Positions 1-12,170 of a stretch of 64,000 bases of DNA are shown piece after piece. Below the pieces are notes generated by a model, which saw only the letters and a program-made list of their open reading frames with translations, was not told the DNA's origin and ran no database searches. The stretch is from positions 33,294,001 to 33,358,000 of the forward strand of contig NC_043006.1 of assembly GCF_006345805.1 (NCBI RefSeq), read 5' to 3'. Source of the stretch: Octopus sinensis (taxonomy: Eukaryota). The position numbers were made by a program, and so were the translations under genes. Positions within the stretch are counted from its first letter, which is position 1; the number at the start of each line of letters is the position of its first letter.

Positions 1-614
1 TCGACTCTAGTACGCAACTGGTACTTAATTTATCGACCCCGAAAGGATGAAAAGCAAAGTCGACCTCGGCGAAATTTGAACTCAGAACGTAGCGACGGGC
101 GCAAGTACTTCGTCCAGCGTACAAACGATTCTTCCAGCTCGCCGCCTTTCACTGCCTTATTAATAATCTTTTCTACTCTAGGTACAAGGCCCGAAATTTT
201 GGGAAAGGGGCCCAATCGATTAGATTGACCCAGTACGCAACTGATACTTAATTTATCGACCCCGAAAGGATGAAAGGCAAAGTCGACCTCGGCGGAATTT
301 GAACTCAGAACGTAGCGGCAGACGAAATACCTCTAAGCATTCCGCCCGGCCTGCTAACGTTTCTACAAGCTCACCGCCTAATAATAATAATAATAATAAT
401 AATAATATAGAAGAAGGGAGATTAAATGACGTAATATTGGTTTCAAATTTCGGCACAAGGCCAGCAATTTCACGGATGGGGGAGTAAGTCGATTACATTG
501 GCCCCACTGTTCGACTGATACATATATCGACCCGGAAGGGCGAAATGCAAAGTCGACCTCGGCGGAATTTGAACTTCAGAAGGTAAAGACGAACGAAATG
601 CCGCTAAGCATTTT
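1..614 (-). mobile_element. Three head-to-tail copies of tRNA-derived SINE family B (about 1-148, 160-379, 431-614)
   Basis: Minus-strand GGCGGCGAGCTGG...GAGTTCAAATTCCGCCGAGGTCGACTTTGCCTTTCATCCTTTCGGGGTCGATAAATTAAGTACCAG body with A/B-box-like head and (ATT)n tails; recurs many times in the window. Confidence 0.88.
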
Positions 615-766
615 ATAATAATTCTGCCATGGGTTTATTCTTTAAACTGCATCCGATAATGGTGGGGTCTGGTTTGGGTGTATCAGGGCTATTATTCCCA
701 GGTTACTTTCACCCGTAGTAGTAGCAGCAGCAGCAGCAGCAGCAGTTAGGGTCCAAGCTGAGGGTT

Positions 767-1771
767 CGCAGTCAAATGCCCGAAACAAGTAAAAGCATGA
801 AAGAAATATATATACACTCATATACAGATATACATACATGTATACACACACACATACAGACACACACACATACACAAACACAGGCACACACACCGACACA
901 CACACAGACAGGTACACACGTACACATACATATATATATATATGCATACAGATGTATATACACATTCACATGCATATATACATACACATATACATTCTCA
1001 TAGATAAAAGATAAACCTCGTGTAAAAAAACGGTGGTAGCGGTGAGATGATGATGATAAAAAGAAAAACGGAAATATCTCGAAAATATTAATGGAGAAGG
1101 AAAAAAAAATTATAGAGGAAAATACATTTTAATCAATTTTGTTTTTCCGTAATTCAATTCAGTCTTGTATTATTCAGTTTATTATTTTATATTTATTTTA
1201 ATCTATCTTACGTTTATTTACAAACTTCGGCCATCAACCTGGCTTTCATACAATATTCATTTCCAAACATTCGTGTGCTAACCTGCGCATTTCTCCTTGC
1301 ATGTGTATGTATATGAGCAGATGTATGTGCATATGTGTATATCCGTTTATGTATATGTGTGTGTATGTGTGCATATGTCTCCATAATCGGATAAGTATAC
1401 GTAAATGCATGTGTTTCTTTGCATGCGTCCGTGTGTGTGTGTTTACGTGGTTATGTATACACAAACACACAATCATACACACGCGCATATATGAATGGAT
1501 GATGGTGGAATGGATGTGTATGCATGTATGTATGTACGTATGTATATATGTATGTATATATGCATCTGAATGTGTATATACATCTGTATGCATATATATA
1601 TGTGTGTGTGTACCTGTCTGTGTGTGTGTCGATGTGTGTGCTGTGTCTGTGTGTGTGTGTGTGTATGTCTGTGTCTGTATGTATGTGTGTGTGTATACAT
1701 GTATGTATATCTGTATATGAGTGTATATATATTTCTTTCATGCTTTTACTTGTTTCGGGCATTTGACTGCG
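767..1771. repeat. Inverted duplication (767-990 vs 1540-1771) of a SINE-A 3' end plus adjoining microsatellite
   Basis: cgcagtcaaatgcccgaaacaagtaaaagcatgaaagaaatatatatacactcatatacagatatacatacatgtatacac is matched by its exact reverse complement at about 1690-1771. Confidence 0.85.
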
Positions 1772-1930
1772 GACATGCTGGGGCTCTGCTTTTAGTCGAA
1801 CAAATAGACTCCAGGGTTTATTCTTTGTAAGCCGAGAACATATTTTATCAGTCATCTTTGCCGAACCGCTATGTTACAGGGGCGTAAACACTCCAACCTC
1901 GGTTGTCAAGCAATGGTGGGGAGACACACT
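1744..1930 (-). mobile_element. SINE family A (3' half)
   Basis: Reverse complement of the cttgacaacc...agcggttcggcaaa...gtcaaatg(a/c)c.gaaacaagt module shared with the full copies at 18051, 22982, 24893, 37841 and 46558. Confidence 0.85.
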
Positions 1931-1934
1931 GACA

Positions 1935-2106
1935 CATACATGCATGTGTATATATGTATGTATATGTATATGTATGTATATGTGTGTGTGTGCATGTATG
2001 TGTGTGCATGTATGTGTGTGTATGTATATATGTGTGTGCGTGTATATATATATGTATATATGTGTGTGTATATATATATATATGTGTATGTGTGCATATA
2101 TGTATG

Positions 2107-2137
<31 letters not shown>

Positions 2138-2413
2138 GTATATATATGTATGTATGCATGTGTGTATGCATATGTGTGTGTGTATGCATATGTGTGTGTG
2201 CATATATATGTGTGTGTATATATATATATATACATATATGTGCGTATGTATATATATACATACACATATGTATATATATATATATATACATATATGTGCG
2301 TATGTATATATATACATACACATATGTATATATATATACATACACATATGTATATATATATACACACACATATATATATACACACACATATGTATATATA
2401 TTACACACACATG

Positions 2414-2463
<50 letters not shown>

Positions 2464-2597
2464 TACATATGTATATATATACATGCGCACATACATATAT
2501 GTATATATATATATATATATATTTACATATATGTTTGTGTGTATGTAAATATATACATATGTGCGTATGTATATATACATATATGTGTGTATGTATG

Positions 2598-2648
<51 letters not shown>

Positions 2649-2660
2649 GTGTGTGTATAA
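1935..2660. repeat. Compound (TA)n/(TG)n/(TATG)n microsatellite
   Basis: Visible dinucleotide and tetranucleotide array; source of the spurious YI/VC/HT ORFs. Confidence 0.95.
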
Positions 2661-2984
2661 TTCAAAGTGAGTTAGAGGTTATGAATCCAACCAACTACAG
2701 GATAATATCTACCCAATATACTATTGGTAGAATACCCAATTATTAATAAACAAGTGTTGGTTATTACGTGGCAATTACCCTTCTGAGTATAATGAGGCTA
2801 ATAAGTGGTTTTACCCTTAATTTATATAACAAGAAGAAAATGGAGAGAATCCAGAGGTAGTCAGGCCCTCAACTATAAACACATAATATATTTATGCATA
2901 AGTATGTGTGTACATTTATTTATATGCAAGGACAATACGAACCACTGCAGGAATACACCCTACCTTACGCCCTTCGGTCCTGAA

Positions 2985-3256
2985 TGACCATGGGATTGCA
3001 CCTAGAAAGTTACCCTCCGAGGCACAAGTCCGGGCAAGGTTTTTTATGGAAGGCCAGCAGTCGGCCATGCATACCAGCCTCCCCTCTCCACACTACTGAT
3101 GTTATCCAAGGGAAAGGCAAAGGGGCCGATACAGTTTGGCATCAGTGATGTTGCAACTCATTTCTACAGCTGAGTGAACTGGCGCAACGTAAAATAAAGT
3201 GTCTTGCTCAAGAACACAACACGCAGCCCGGTCCGGGATTCGAACTCACAACCTCA
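2985..3256 (-). mobile_element. CORE-like tRNA-derived SINE (family D)
   Basis: Minus strand: gttgtgagttcgaatcccgg (B box) then tgttgtgttcttgagcaagacactttattttacgttgcgccagttcactcagctgtagaaatgag, matching the CORE-domain pattern; further copies at about 23710-24016 (-) and 48593-48700 (+). Confidence 0.75.
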
Positions 3257-3276
3257 TATATAAATGTGTATGTGTG

Positions 3277-3310
<34 letters not shown>

Positions 3311-3317
<7 letters not shown>

Positions 3318-4052
3318 AACCTTTACATAAATAAATAACGTGAAATACACGAAGGGACGAACAAAAAGACAAACGGGTCATTCAAAGCCTTCATTCTTCA
3401 GTCAGAAACTGATCCCTCATCGCAGATTTCGGCTGTTTAATTCTGAGATCCGCTCTGAATCAGCCAGCCACAGAAGGAAAGAATGCAACGCAACAGAGAC
3501 GAACATGAAACGAAAAATCTTTTTTGGAGACAGTAACGGTTAAAAACATGGATGATACAGGCGCCCTACGGCTTTGAGACAAAAAGAGAGACACAAAAAC
3601 AATATCAGCAAGCGTGGAAAAATAATTACCTTTTCGGTGATAAGACACATGTTGAACAAGCGGCCGATGGAAACAGAATGGCTGAGGCAGCAAGTCACAA
3701 GAGGGTAAGAGAGAGAAGGGGGTAAGAGAAAGAGGGGACCAAGGAGGGTGGAAGGCGAGGACAGAAGCAGTGACCGAGAGAGAGAGGGAGAGAAGGAATC
3801 AGAGAAAAAGCAGTGACCAAGAGAGAGAGGGAGAGAAGGAATCAGAGAGGCTGGGAGAAAAAGGCGCCAAAACAATTTGGCAACAAAGCAATGGCGAAGG
3901 AAAGAAAATAGTTTAAAGACATCGTGCAGGGGTTTTGATATGATAAACATAAAGAAGTTATGCACGTACGCTGCGAAATATATAATAAACCTTTACATAA
4001 ATAAATAACGTGAAATACATGAAGGGACGAACAAAAAGACAAACAGGTCATT
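3311..4052 (-). mobile_element. Element bounded by 72-bp direct repeats; possible non-autonomous Penelope-like element
   Basis: 3311-3382 and 3981-4052 are direct repeats with 2 mismatches; the interior has an eroded ggctg...cagccgaaa motif on the minus strand. The PLE assignment is inference. Confidence 0.45.
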
Positions 4053-4253
4053 GAACCTGAAGATTGCAGAATTTAATGCATGAAAGTACTAGTTCAATCA
4101 GAATGAACATTTAACATTCTATTATTTTATTTTATTTTATTATAATATATTATCTTATATTATATCATTATAAGATTGTAAATAAAACGTGAAAATCAGA
4201 CAAGGTTGGAATTCCTTTTATTAATATATTCTTCTATACACAATCACACCCCC

Positions 4254-4301
<48 letters not shown>

Positions 4302-4341
4302 TAATTTAGCCCTGTGAACTTCTTGGACTATTTCATAAAAC

Positions 4342-4466
4342 TCTCTGACGAAGCCTAGATGCATGCCCAATTACTCTAATTCTATCTACAGATTACTACA
4401 GTACACAGAAAAGTTGTAAATAACTTTTCGGGTATTGTGACCTCTTACAGAAACAGCTGTAAGAAA
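4342..4466 (+). ncRNA. Interrupted hammerhead-like motif (TCT-CTGACGA ... GAAAC-AGCT-GTA-AGA)
   Basis: Core boxes at 4345-4351 and 4450-4461 are separated by 98 nt that do not form a clean stem II. Confidence 0.4.
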
Positions 4467-4721
4467 CTTCTCTTCTTTTTCTATTCTAGGAATTACTAAT
4501 ACTTTACACATGTATTTATTTTAATCTGAACTGTTTAAAAAAATAGACATAATGTCTAACAGCTGGTGATACTACTTCTGGATTCCTTCCATTTTCTTCT
4601 TGTCACATATATATATGTGTGTGTGTATGTGTGTGCGTATATATGTCTGTGTGTATGTATGTGTATGTATATATGTATGCGTATATAGGTGTGTTTATGT
4701 TTATGCATATATATATGTGTG

Positions 4722-4764
<43 letters not shown>

Positions 4765-5178
4765 CAAAATTGCTAGTTCTGAAATCTCACTAAGATCAAC
4801 GCAGTAGTTGTACTAACAAATAATACTCGTAGAAACTTTAACATGGCTGTCCGTTCGAGCGGACTCTACTGCGATTTTTTTTAACCCCAAGAGGACATCT
4901 TGATGCACAGCTGAATCCGATAAACCTGCGAGCAGGGGTCTTGAAAATTCCCCACAGTCTTGGCTTTGTTGTCTCATTTTATTTAACATATACATGCTCA
5001 TACAAGACCTGCATTAGATTCCTCACTAGTATTAGTTTCGAACCGAGAGTCTAACTACGTCCTTCCATAGCACTTGCATAGCGTTAGCTGCCACCTTGGC
5101 TCTTCTGGGTACTAATACCTGTCATACCTTTGCTTCCTTGCTAACACAGGTAACGCTAATATAATGCATAAATAATTC

Positions 5179-5534
5179 CTTGGAATCTCTCTTAAGGACA
5201 TATCCATTCCTTCACAAAAAAACCTTTCCTCTTACTCCTACTCAACAAAACTAAGGACTTCATCCGAAGAATGGGGTGAAAAGCCTTCTTCCACGCAAGA
5301 AGCATTTCTACCACTTCTACACACCATTTCCCTTTGATAATGGAACTGCAACTATAGTATCTTTATATATTTTTATTTCTACAGTCATTCTCCTATTTCC
5401 CTATATACTCCTTATTTCCTTCCTTTTCCAAAATAACTCCTTATATTAAACTCTTAATATTTCCCCCCATTTAACCATCTCACATTTCTCTGATGCAGGG
5501 ATATCCCTAATATCCCAGAAACAGCTGTAAGACA
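5179..5534 (+). mobile_element. Internally deleted Penelope-like element: ORF N-terminus plus HHR-bearing terminal repeat
   Basis: 5179-5295 translates (1 frameshift, 1 stop) to LGISLKDISIPSQK/FLLLLLNKTKDFIRRMG*KAFFH, matching the SLKNIPIPS...FIKRMRWKAFF start I recall from PLE ORFs of the WFNPP/Naiad-like type; ends in an HHR-like motif. Confidence 0.7.
5487..5532 (+). ncRNA. Compact type-I hammerhead-ribozyme-like motif
   Basis: TCT-CTGATG(C)-A-GGGATA-tccctaa-TATCCC-A-GAAAC-AGCT-GTA-AGA: stems I, II and III all form, stem III is palindromic (ACAGCTGT), cleavage triplet GUA; core A9 is replaced by C. Confidence 0.7.
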
Positions 5535-6122
5535 CACATAAGCACACACACACACACAATCACACACACACAAGCACACACATACACACAAGCTCACACA
5601 TACACACAAGCTCACACATACACACAAGCTCACACACACACAAGCTCACACACACACAAGCTCACACACACACACACGCTCACACACACACACACGCTCA
5701 CACACACACGCTCACACACACACAACCACACACACACAACCACACACACACACACACAAGCACACACACACACACAAGCACACACACACAAGCACACACA
5801 CACACAAGCACACACACACAAGCACACACACACAAACACACGCACACAAACACACGCACACAAACACACGCACACAAACACACGCACACAAACACACACA
5901 CACACAAGCACACACACACAAGCACACACACACAAGCACACACACACAAGCACACACACACACACAACACACACACACACACACACAAGCACACACACAC
6001 ACAAGCACACACACACACAACAACACACACACAAGCACACACACACACACAAGCACACACACACACACAAGCACACACACACACACACAAGCACACACAC
6101 ACACACACACACACACAAGCAT
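5535..6122. repeat. (CA)n array punctuated by AAG/AAGCT/AAAC units
   Basis: Repeating cacacacacaag-type units visible directly. Confidence 0.95.
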
Positions 6123-6149
6123 TCACATACATATATCTATCTTTTATCC

Positions 6150-6350
6150 AAGAGAATTGCTTCTTTTAGTCACTGGACTGCGGCCATACTGGCGTACCCC
6201 CTTTGAAAGGTTTAGTCAAACAAATCGCCCCTAGTTTTTTCTCGGGGGGTTAAGCTTGGTACTTACTGTATCGGACTCTTTTGTCGAACCGCTGATTTAC
6301 GGGAACGTAGACAAACCGACACCGGTTGACAAGCGGTGGTGAGGGACAAA
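6150..6350 (-). mobile_element. SINE family A, diverged 3' half
   Basis: gactgcggccat...gtcgaaccgctga...caccggttgacaagcggtggt matches the family-A reverse complement. Confidence 0.75.
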
Positions 6351-6910
6351 CAGATAGACAGATACGCATTCAGATACACATACACGCACACAAACACACA
6401 CACACACATATATATATAATATATATATTCATAAAAATAGTAAGACAACAAAAGAATGAAAGAGACCTCGATATTACGTAAATAGAGGAATTTATCTGTA
6501 AATATAATATGTGACAATTATTCGCTAGCCATGATAAAACTCGGATGCCAGGGTGGAAATCCACGCCACCATCTCTTCAGTTATCCGGCCATCGGAAGAA
6601 TACTATGAAAATGACCGTTATACAAAGGGAAATTACTGTGTGATTGACCGTTATTAAGACAAAAGAGCTATTTGAATGACCACTAAGTGAAGAGAGGGAA
6701 TAAAAGTAAGGGTGTAAAAAGGTTCATAGTATTCGCGTAAGTGCACATGTTCATACCTACACATGCGCGCCCGCACACCCACGTGCATGCGCCTAAAAGT
6801 ATACACCATCACTTGAAACGTACACATCCTCACTCGAAACGTACACATCCTCACTCGCACCATTCGCCAAATATATATATAAACAAACCCACACACACAC
6901 ACACGTACCA

Positions 6911-7235
6911 TAAAGGTTCATACACACGTCTATATACGCACAAGCGCAAGAAAACAACAGGGCTAAGGATAACAATACAGAAAAAAGGTGTAAGGGAGTA
7001 TACAAAGAGTAGACCACGTCTATATACGCAAATACCCGTATGCACGCACACACACACACATTTACGCACATACCCGCACACGTCTACATACGCGCGCACA
7101 AAAAGTTCCTACACACGTCTATATGCTCACATACGCAAGAAAAAACTGGGCTAAAGGCAAAAATACAGGAAAATGTATTAAAAAAAACAATGAGTAAAGC
7201 ACGTCTATATACGCATATACTCGCATGCACGCATC
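6911..7235. repeat. Degenerate ~190-bp tandem duplication with recurring CACGTCTATATACGCA motif
   Basis: aaaggttcatacacacgtctatatacgc...gggctaagg at 6911 is mirrored by aaaagttcctacacacgtctatatgctc...gggctaaagg at 7101. Confidence 0.7.
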
Positions 7236-7704
7236 TTGTTGATGATGAACTTATCTGAGTGGTAGGCAATGCTCTCTCCTAAGCATTTGCACTTTAGGGA
7301 TAAAACTCTATATTTCGGAAATTACATGCCGACCCCCTTCGCTCTTGGTTTTTTTGCAATATTCATGCATTGTGGTTCGTTTTTACTGGCACACGACATA
7401 TTCATGGTGCTGCAGCTCCCCTTAATTTACTTTTTGTTCCCTTCAGAATATGTTTACCTTTTATTTTCTTGCCCAGCGATTTCACTATAATACAAAAATT
7501 TAGCCGATTTACGTATGTCTTAAATAGCCGAAATATTAGTTTCCATACATGACACATAGCTTTGTATTTAAAGAGATAAATATTTCCATGCATCTGATTC
7601 ACTACTACACACATTGCCTTTTCTCTCAATTCCTTATCAAAGCATTTATGTAAATATAGCACTTAGTTTTAAAGTCCATTCTTGCCAGTAATTTCAAGGA
7701 AGAG

Positions 7705-7861
7705 GGTGTAAGTCGCTTACATCGAGCCCAGTGTTCAATTAGTGCTTATCGACCCTGAAAGGATGAAAAGCACAGTGCACCTCGGTGGAATTTGATCTCA
7801 GAACGTAAAAACGGACGAAATGCTGCTAAGCATGCTAACGATTCTGCCAGCTCGCCGCCGT
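7705..7861 (-). mobile_element. SINE family B
   Basis: gaaaggatgaaaagc...ggaatttgatctcagaacgta...gctaacgattctgccagctcgccgcc. Confidence 0.85.
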
Positions 7862-8795
7862 AAATGAAAAAAAGAACATTGTTCACCACCAAAATTACAT
7901 ATTAGAATTCTTCTTTACAAAATTTAGTTTAGCAACGATTGAAGTTGCTAAGATCTAAAGATAAGACCAAAACTATTCTCTTCATGTTTGTACATCCTAT
8001 ACATTGCTTATGTTTACTGCAGCACACTTAACGTCTATTCTATAACAAAATACATGTATACATTTTATATCTTCAGAGGTGTGATTTTCCTTCAATAAAA
8101 ATATCTTTTTTTTATTCATTCTGCACTCACAAATATTATGAAAGCAAATTTTAAATCTTGAATTATTTTTTTCATTTAGATTTCAATTTCAAATCTTAGA
8201 AAGTCACAAAGGATGGTAAATAAATTTCGAAATTATCTTCAGCATGCGGCACAAAGCAAAAATCAAATCAAATAAATTCTTACGCACACGTATATAAATA
8301 CACACACACACACACACACACACACGCCTAATTATACAGATGTTAAAATGCACAATAAAATAGTGTGTGTTTATGTATGTGTCGAGTGCGTATATATATA
8401 TATATAATATGCATGTACTATATGTATGTTTCCTCTTAATTTGCCTCGACGCTCTAACTGTCTTATGTCAGCTAGCTTAGTGGGGTGGCGTGTGAGGGCT
8501 CCATCTGAGTGCGTAAATATTTACTTTTGAAAAAATATTGTATGAGTAATGTTTATTTTAACTTCCTACTAAAACAAAACAAAACAAAATGGCAACTTGC
8601 GTGTTCAGAAAGAAAAAAAAAATGAGGAATCTCTTCTGAAGACTAACACTGAAACTTCACTGAATAGCACGTCGCTTCTTTCTGACGGAAATACAACACG
8701 TCAACGTAAGAATTCTTAGAATCAAACTTGGCACCTGCCAATTCATAAACACGCACATGTATCCCTACATTTATGTATATGTCTGTCTGTTTGTC

Positions 8796-8861
<66 letters not shown>

Positions 8862-10172
8862 TGTTTCTTTATTAGCCACACAGGGCTGCACACAGACAGA
8901 ACAAATTACAAGGTAAGATAGATAGATAGATAAATAAGAGTGTGTGTATTAATGGCTTCTGTTTGATACTAAATACCCATAAGTTTACGATATCTCCGTA
9001 AGTCTTAAGGAATTACCAGACATGAAACTTGACAGGATAATCCCAAACTTTTAGCTTTTTTATTTATTTATTTATTTTGATTCCAGGGAGAGATAGAAAC
9101 CTTTGTTTACATTCAGCTGCCAGGTTTAAACTACAGACATCACTTACGTTAAATTTAATGCGTGCGTGTATGCGGATGTGTAACAGACAGAACTTCATTT
9201 AGATTATTTTAGCGACATTTTAGGCATAATAATGAACACTTACTACATATTTGTATATATATATATTACATATAGATATGTATATATGTACGTATATATA
9301 TATACATATATTACTATATGTGTCTGTATATGTATGTGTGTACGTTTATACTGTCATCTCTCACACCGCCCGCCTCCAAGCTCTCAAACATTTCCTCCAC
9401 CTACGAACCATTCTGAATCCCATTATCTCCATAGATAAAGGAATTCGGTTATTTTATATCAATAGTCATGATTGTCAAGTCATCAATTCTCTCATCAGTA
9501 AGCACACACTTGTATATATGTAAATATATGCCTGTATTTATTTATATATATATATATATATAGGTGATATAGCATGAAGCATAAATGGAGCCAGGGGAAT
9601 AGATAGAAAACGAGAGAAGTTACAACAAAGTAAGTCAGAAAAGTGATGAGCAGAATGTGAATAAACAAAAAGAAAATCATTAAAAGTTATTCGCAAAAAT
9701 GTTACAGCGAAAAGGAAAAAAGTAGACGATCAATGTGCCAGGTAAACTCCTTATCAAATTAGAGTAAGAAGTAAGATAAAAGAAACAAGAAAAGGAAGGA
9801 TACCCTTCTGAAACACATGTGTATACACACATGGTTTAAACAGGTATCATTTCTTTTCTTGTTTATTTCTCTCTTACTCTACTTTGATAAAGAGTTCACT
9901 CGAAATGTCAGTCTGCTTTTTTTTTTGCTTTTTTCTATTTTCGGCGTGCCATTCACTGTAAACAACTTTTTTTCTTTTTTTTTTTGCATATTTACATTTT
10001 TTTCCATCAATTTTTGAATTTTTGTCTACCTTTCCTAATCACTCATGTTGGCCATTTGTTCGTGTCTTGTTCCTGTTGCTCCATTTGTGCTATTCACCTA
10101 TCAATTTTCTTGTGTCAATGCAGCGGAAACCCGAGTACTTCCCATATTATCTCAAACAACTTTGTGTGTGTA

Positions 10173-10214
<42 letters not shown>

Positions 10215-10222
10215 CATAAAAA

Positions 10223-10543
10223 GTAAGAAGGTATGAATGCGAAGTGAATATATTTATATTTAACCACTTGCCATCCCTACGGTTACAGCCGTTTCGCAGC
10301 CTTCATCATGTGATTATAATTTCAGTGTATAATATATTATGTTTACATGTCTGCCCTAATGTGCATGCCACACATTATACAATTCAAGCGTATAATTCCA
10401 AATCAGCATGCATATTAGTGTAGACATGTAAAATAATTTATTACACACTGAAATTATTATTACATGACGAAGGCTGCGAAACGGTCGTAACCCTAAGGAT
10501 AAGAAGTGGTTAAATATAAATATATTCACCTCTCTTGCCTTCT
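10223..10543. repeat. ~320-bp imperfect palindrome with a hammerhead-like motif in each arm
   Basis: Arms 10223-10368 and 10406-10543 are reverse complements, with an inner attatac/gtataat hairpin; HHR-like cores at 10272-10315 (-) and 10457-10501 (+). Confidence 0.85.
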
Positions 10544-10890
10544 AACTGTTTGTGGTTTATATATTCATCATGAAATAACTACATCGATAGATCTCCTGGA
10601 TTTTAGCTGTATGGAACTCTGCATTATACTCCTTCATGTTTTGGATTAGTATGTGGTCTGGTAGCCGGATCCGCTAGAGGTACTTTCCTTGATAGCCTTA
10701 TGATTTTATGAATCCATATATTACACTACAAATTTATATATATATATATGAGAGAGAGAGCGGGGATGATTGTATATGGTACAGTTATACTTAAGGGTAC
10801 AGTAGCTACCATGCCTATATTCTGAAAGTAGATGCCAAATACGTCTAACCACTGCATACATTCACTCCATATATATATATATATTTTTTT

Positions 10891-11018
10891 TTTTTTCATG
10901 TTTGTTGCACACACGCATCTTTACTAGTACATAAGCAGTGAAGCTATACATTAGCGTCGTATTTATTACGTTCGCTATTTTCCAGTAAATATCGGTGCTT
11001 CGTTGTGCCATTTATTTA

Positions 11019-11080
<62 letters not shown>

Positions 11081-11212
11081 AAAGTAAATAAATGGCACAA
11101 CGAAGCACCGATATTTACTGGAAAATAGCGAACGTAATAAATACGACGCTAATGTATAGCTTCACTGCGTATGTACTAGTAAAGATGCGTGTGTGCAACA
11201 AACATGAAAAAA
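10891..11212. repeat. Near-perfect palindrome: ~131-bp arms (1 mismatch) around (TA)n
   Basis: 10891-11021 is the reverse complement of 11082-11212; the only difference seen is acataAgcagtg vs acataCgcagtg. Confidence 0.92.
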
Positions 11213-11427
11213 ATTGTCTTACCTCTAGGAAGAACATCTGAAAAATGAAAAACCTAGAAACGGATAATGCAGTACCGGTTTCAGACTCTTCAAAATACGT
11301 TTGCCAACGTATATTTGATTTGTCTTCATCAGCTGCATATACCTCGACAACATTTCAAATGTTGCCACATCTATGCCAGTACACTCGTCTGAACGCCAAA
11401 ACGTTAACAGAACGAGAACAGTGAAGA

Positions 11428-11483
<56 letters not shown>

Positions 11484-12097
11484 GGGTGAAAGCGAGAAAG
11501 CAGACTGGCTAAAAATTCCTAAAATATTTCAGATAGTTTTGGATTGATCAATTTCTGGTTTAGTTTGATAACTTTTCCTTCATCAGCAAAACATACTGAG
11601 TGAAATGAAAATACTTATACATACTCACAGAAAAGCACATGCAAAATGCGAGTACATTCAAATATTCACCAATATATACGCATCGAATTTCGCAACCCAC
11701 CTCAACACACGTGTATTTTGCCAGAATAGTACGGAAGTAAATAAACTAACCCGAAGTGAATGTGTTATATTTAAACATAAAAAACATATTTAAACATTAA
11801 AATTTTCTGTACCCTTATGTATAATTGTACCATATATTTTACCTAAAGGTTTTTTGTATATGCTGACCACTGATAAAACTCATTAATTTTGATGATTCTA
11901 TCCTTTAATTATGTTTATATATATACATACACACACACACGCATATTTGGATAACATTTTTATGGTTTCATTTAGATTGTATTAACAAGCAATAAGCTGA
12001 TGTAGGGATTATAACAAAATGTTGATATGCTGGGATCCAACTAATTTTGATAATAACTGTTTGATAATGTTTTACGTCATTGCAATAAGGTTCCACT

Positions 12098-12170
<73 letters not shown>

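Noticed and set aside
642-2670. Many 100-260 aa ORFs rich in Y/I/V/C/H/T/M (also at 5454-6132, 12248-12557, 25506-25896)
   Set aside because: Translations of (CA/TG/TA)n microsatellites, which lack stops in several frames; no coding signal.
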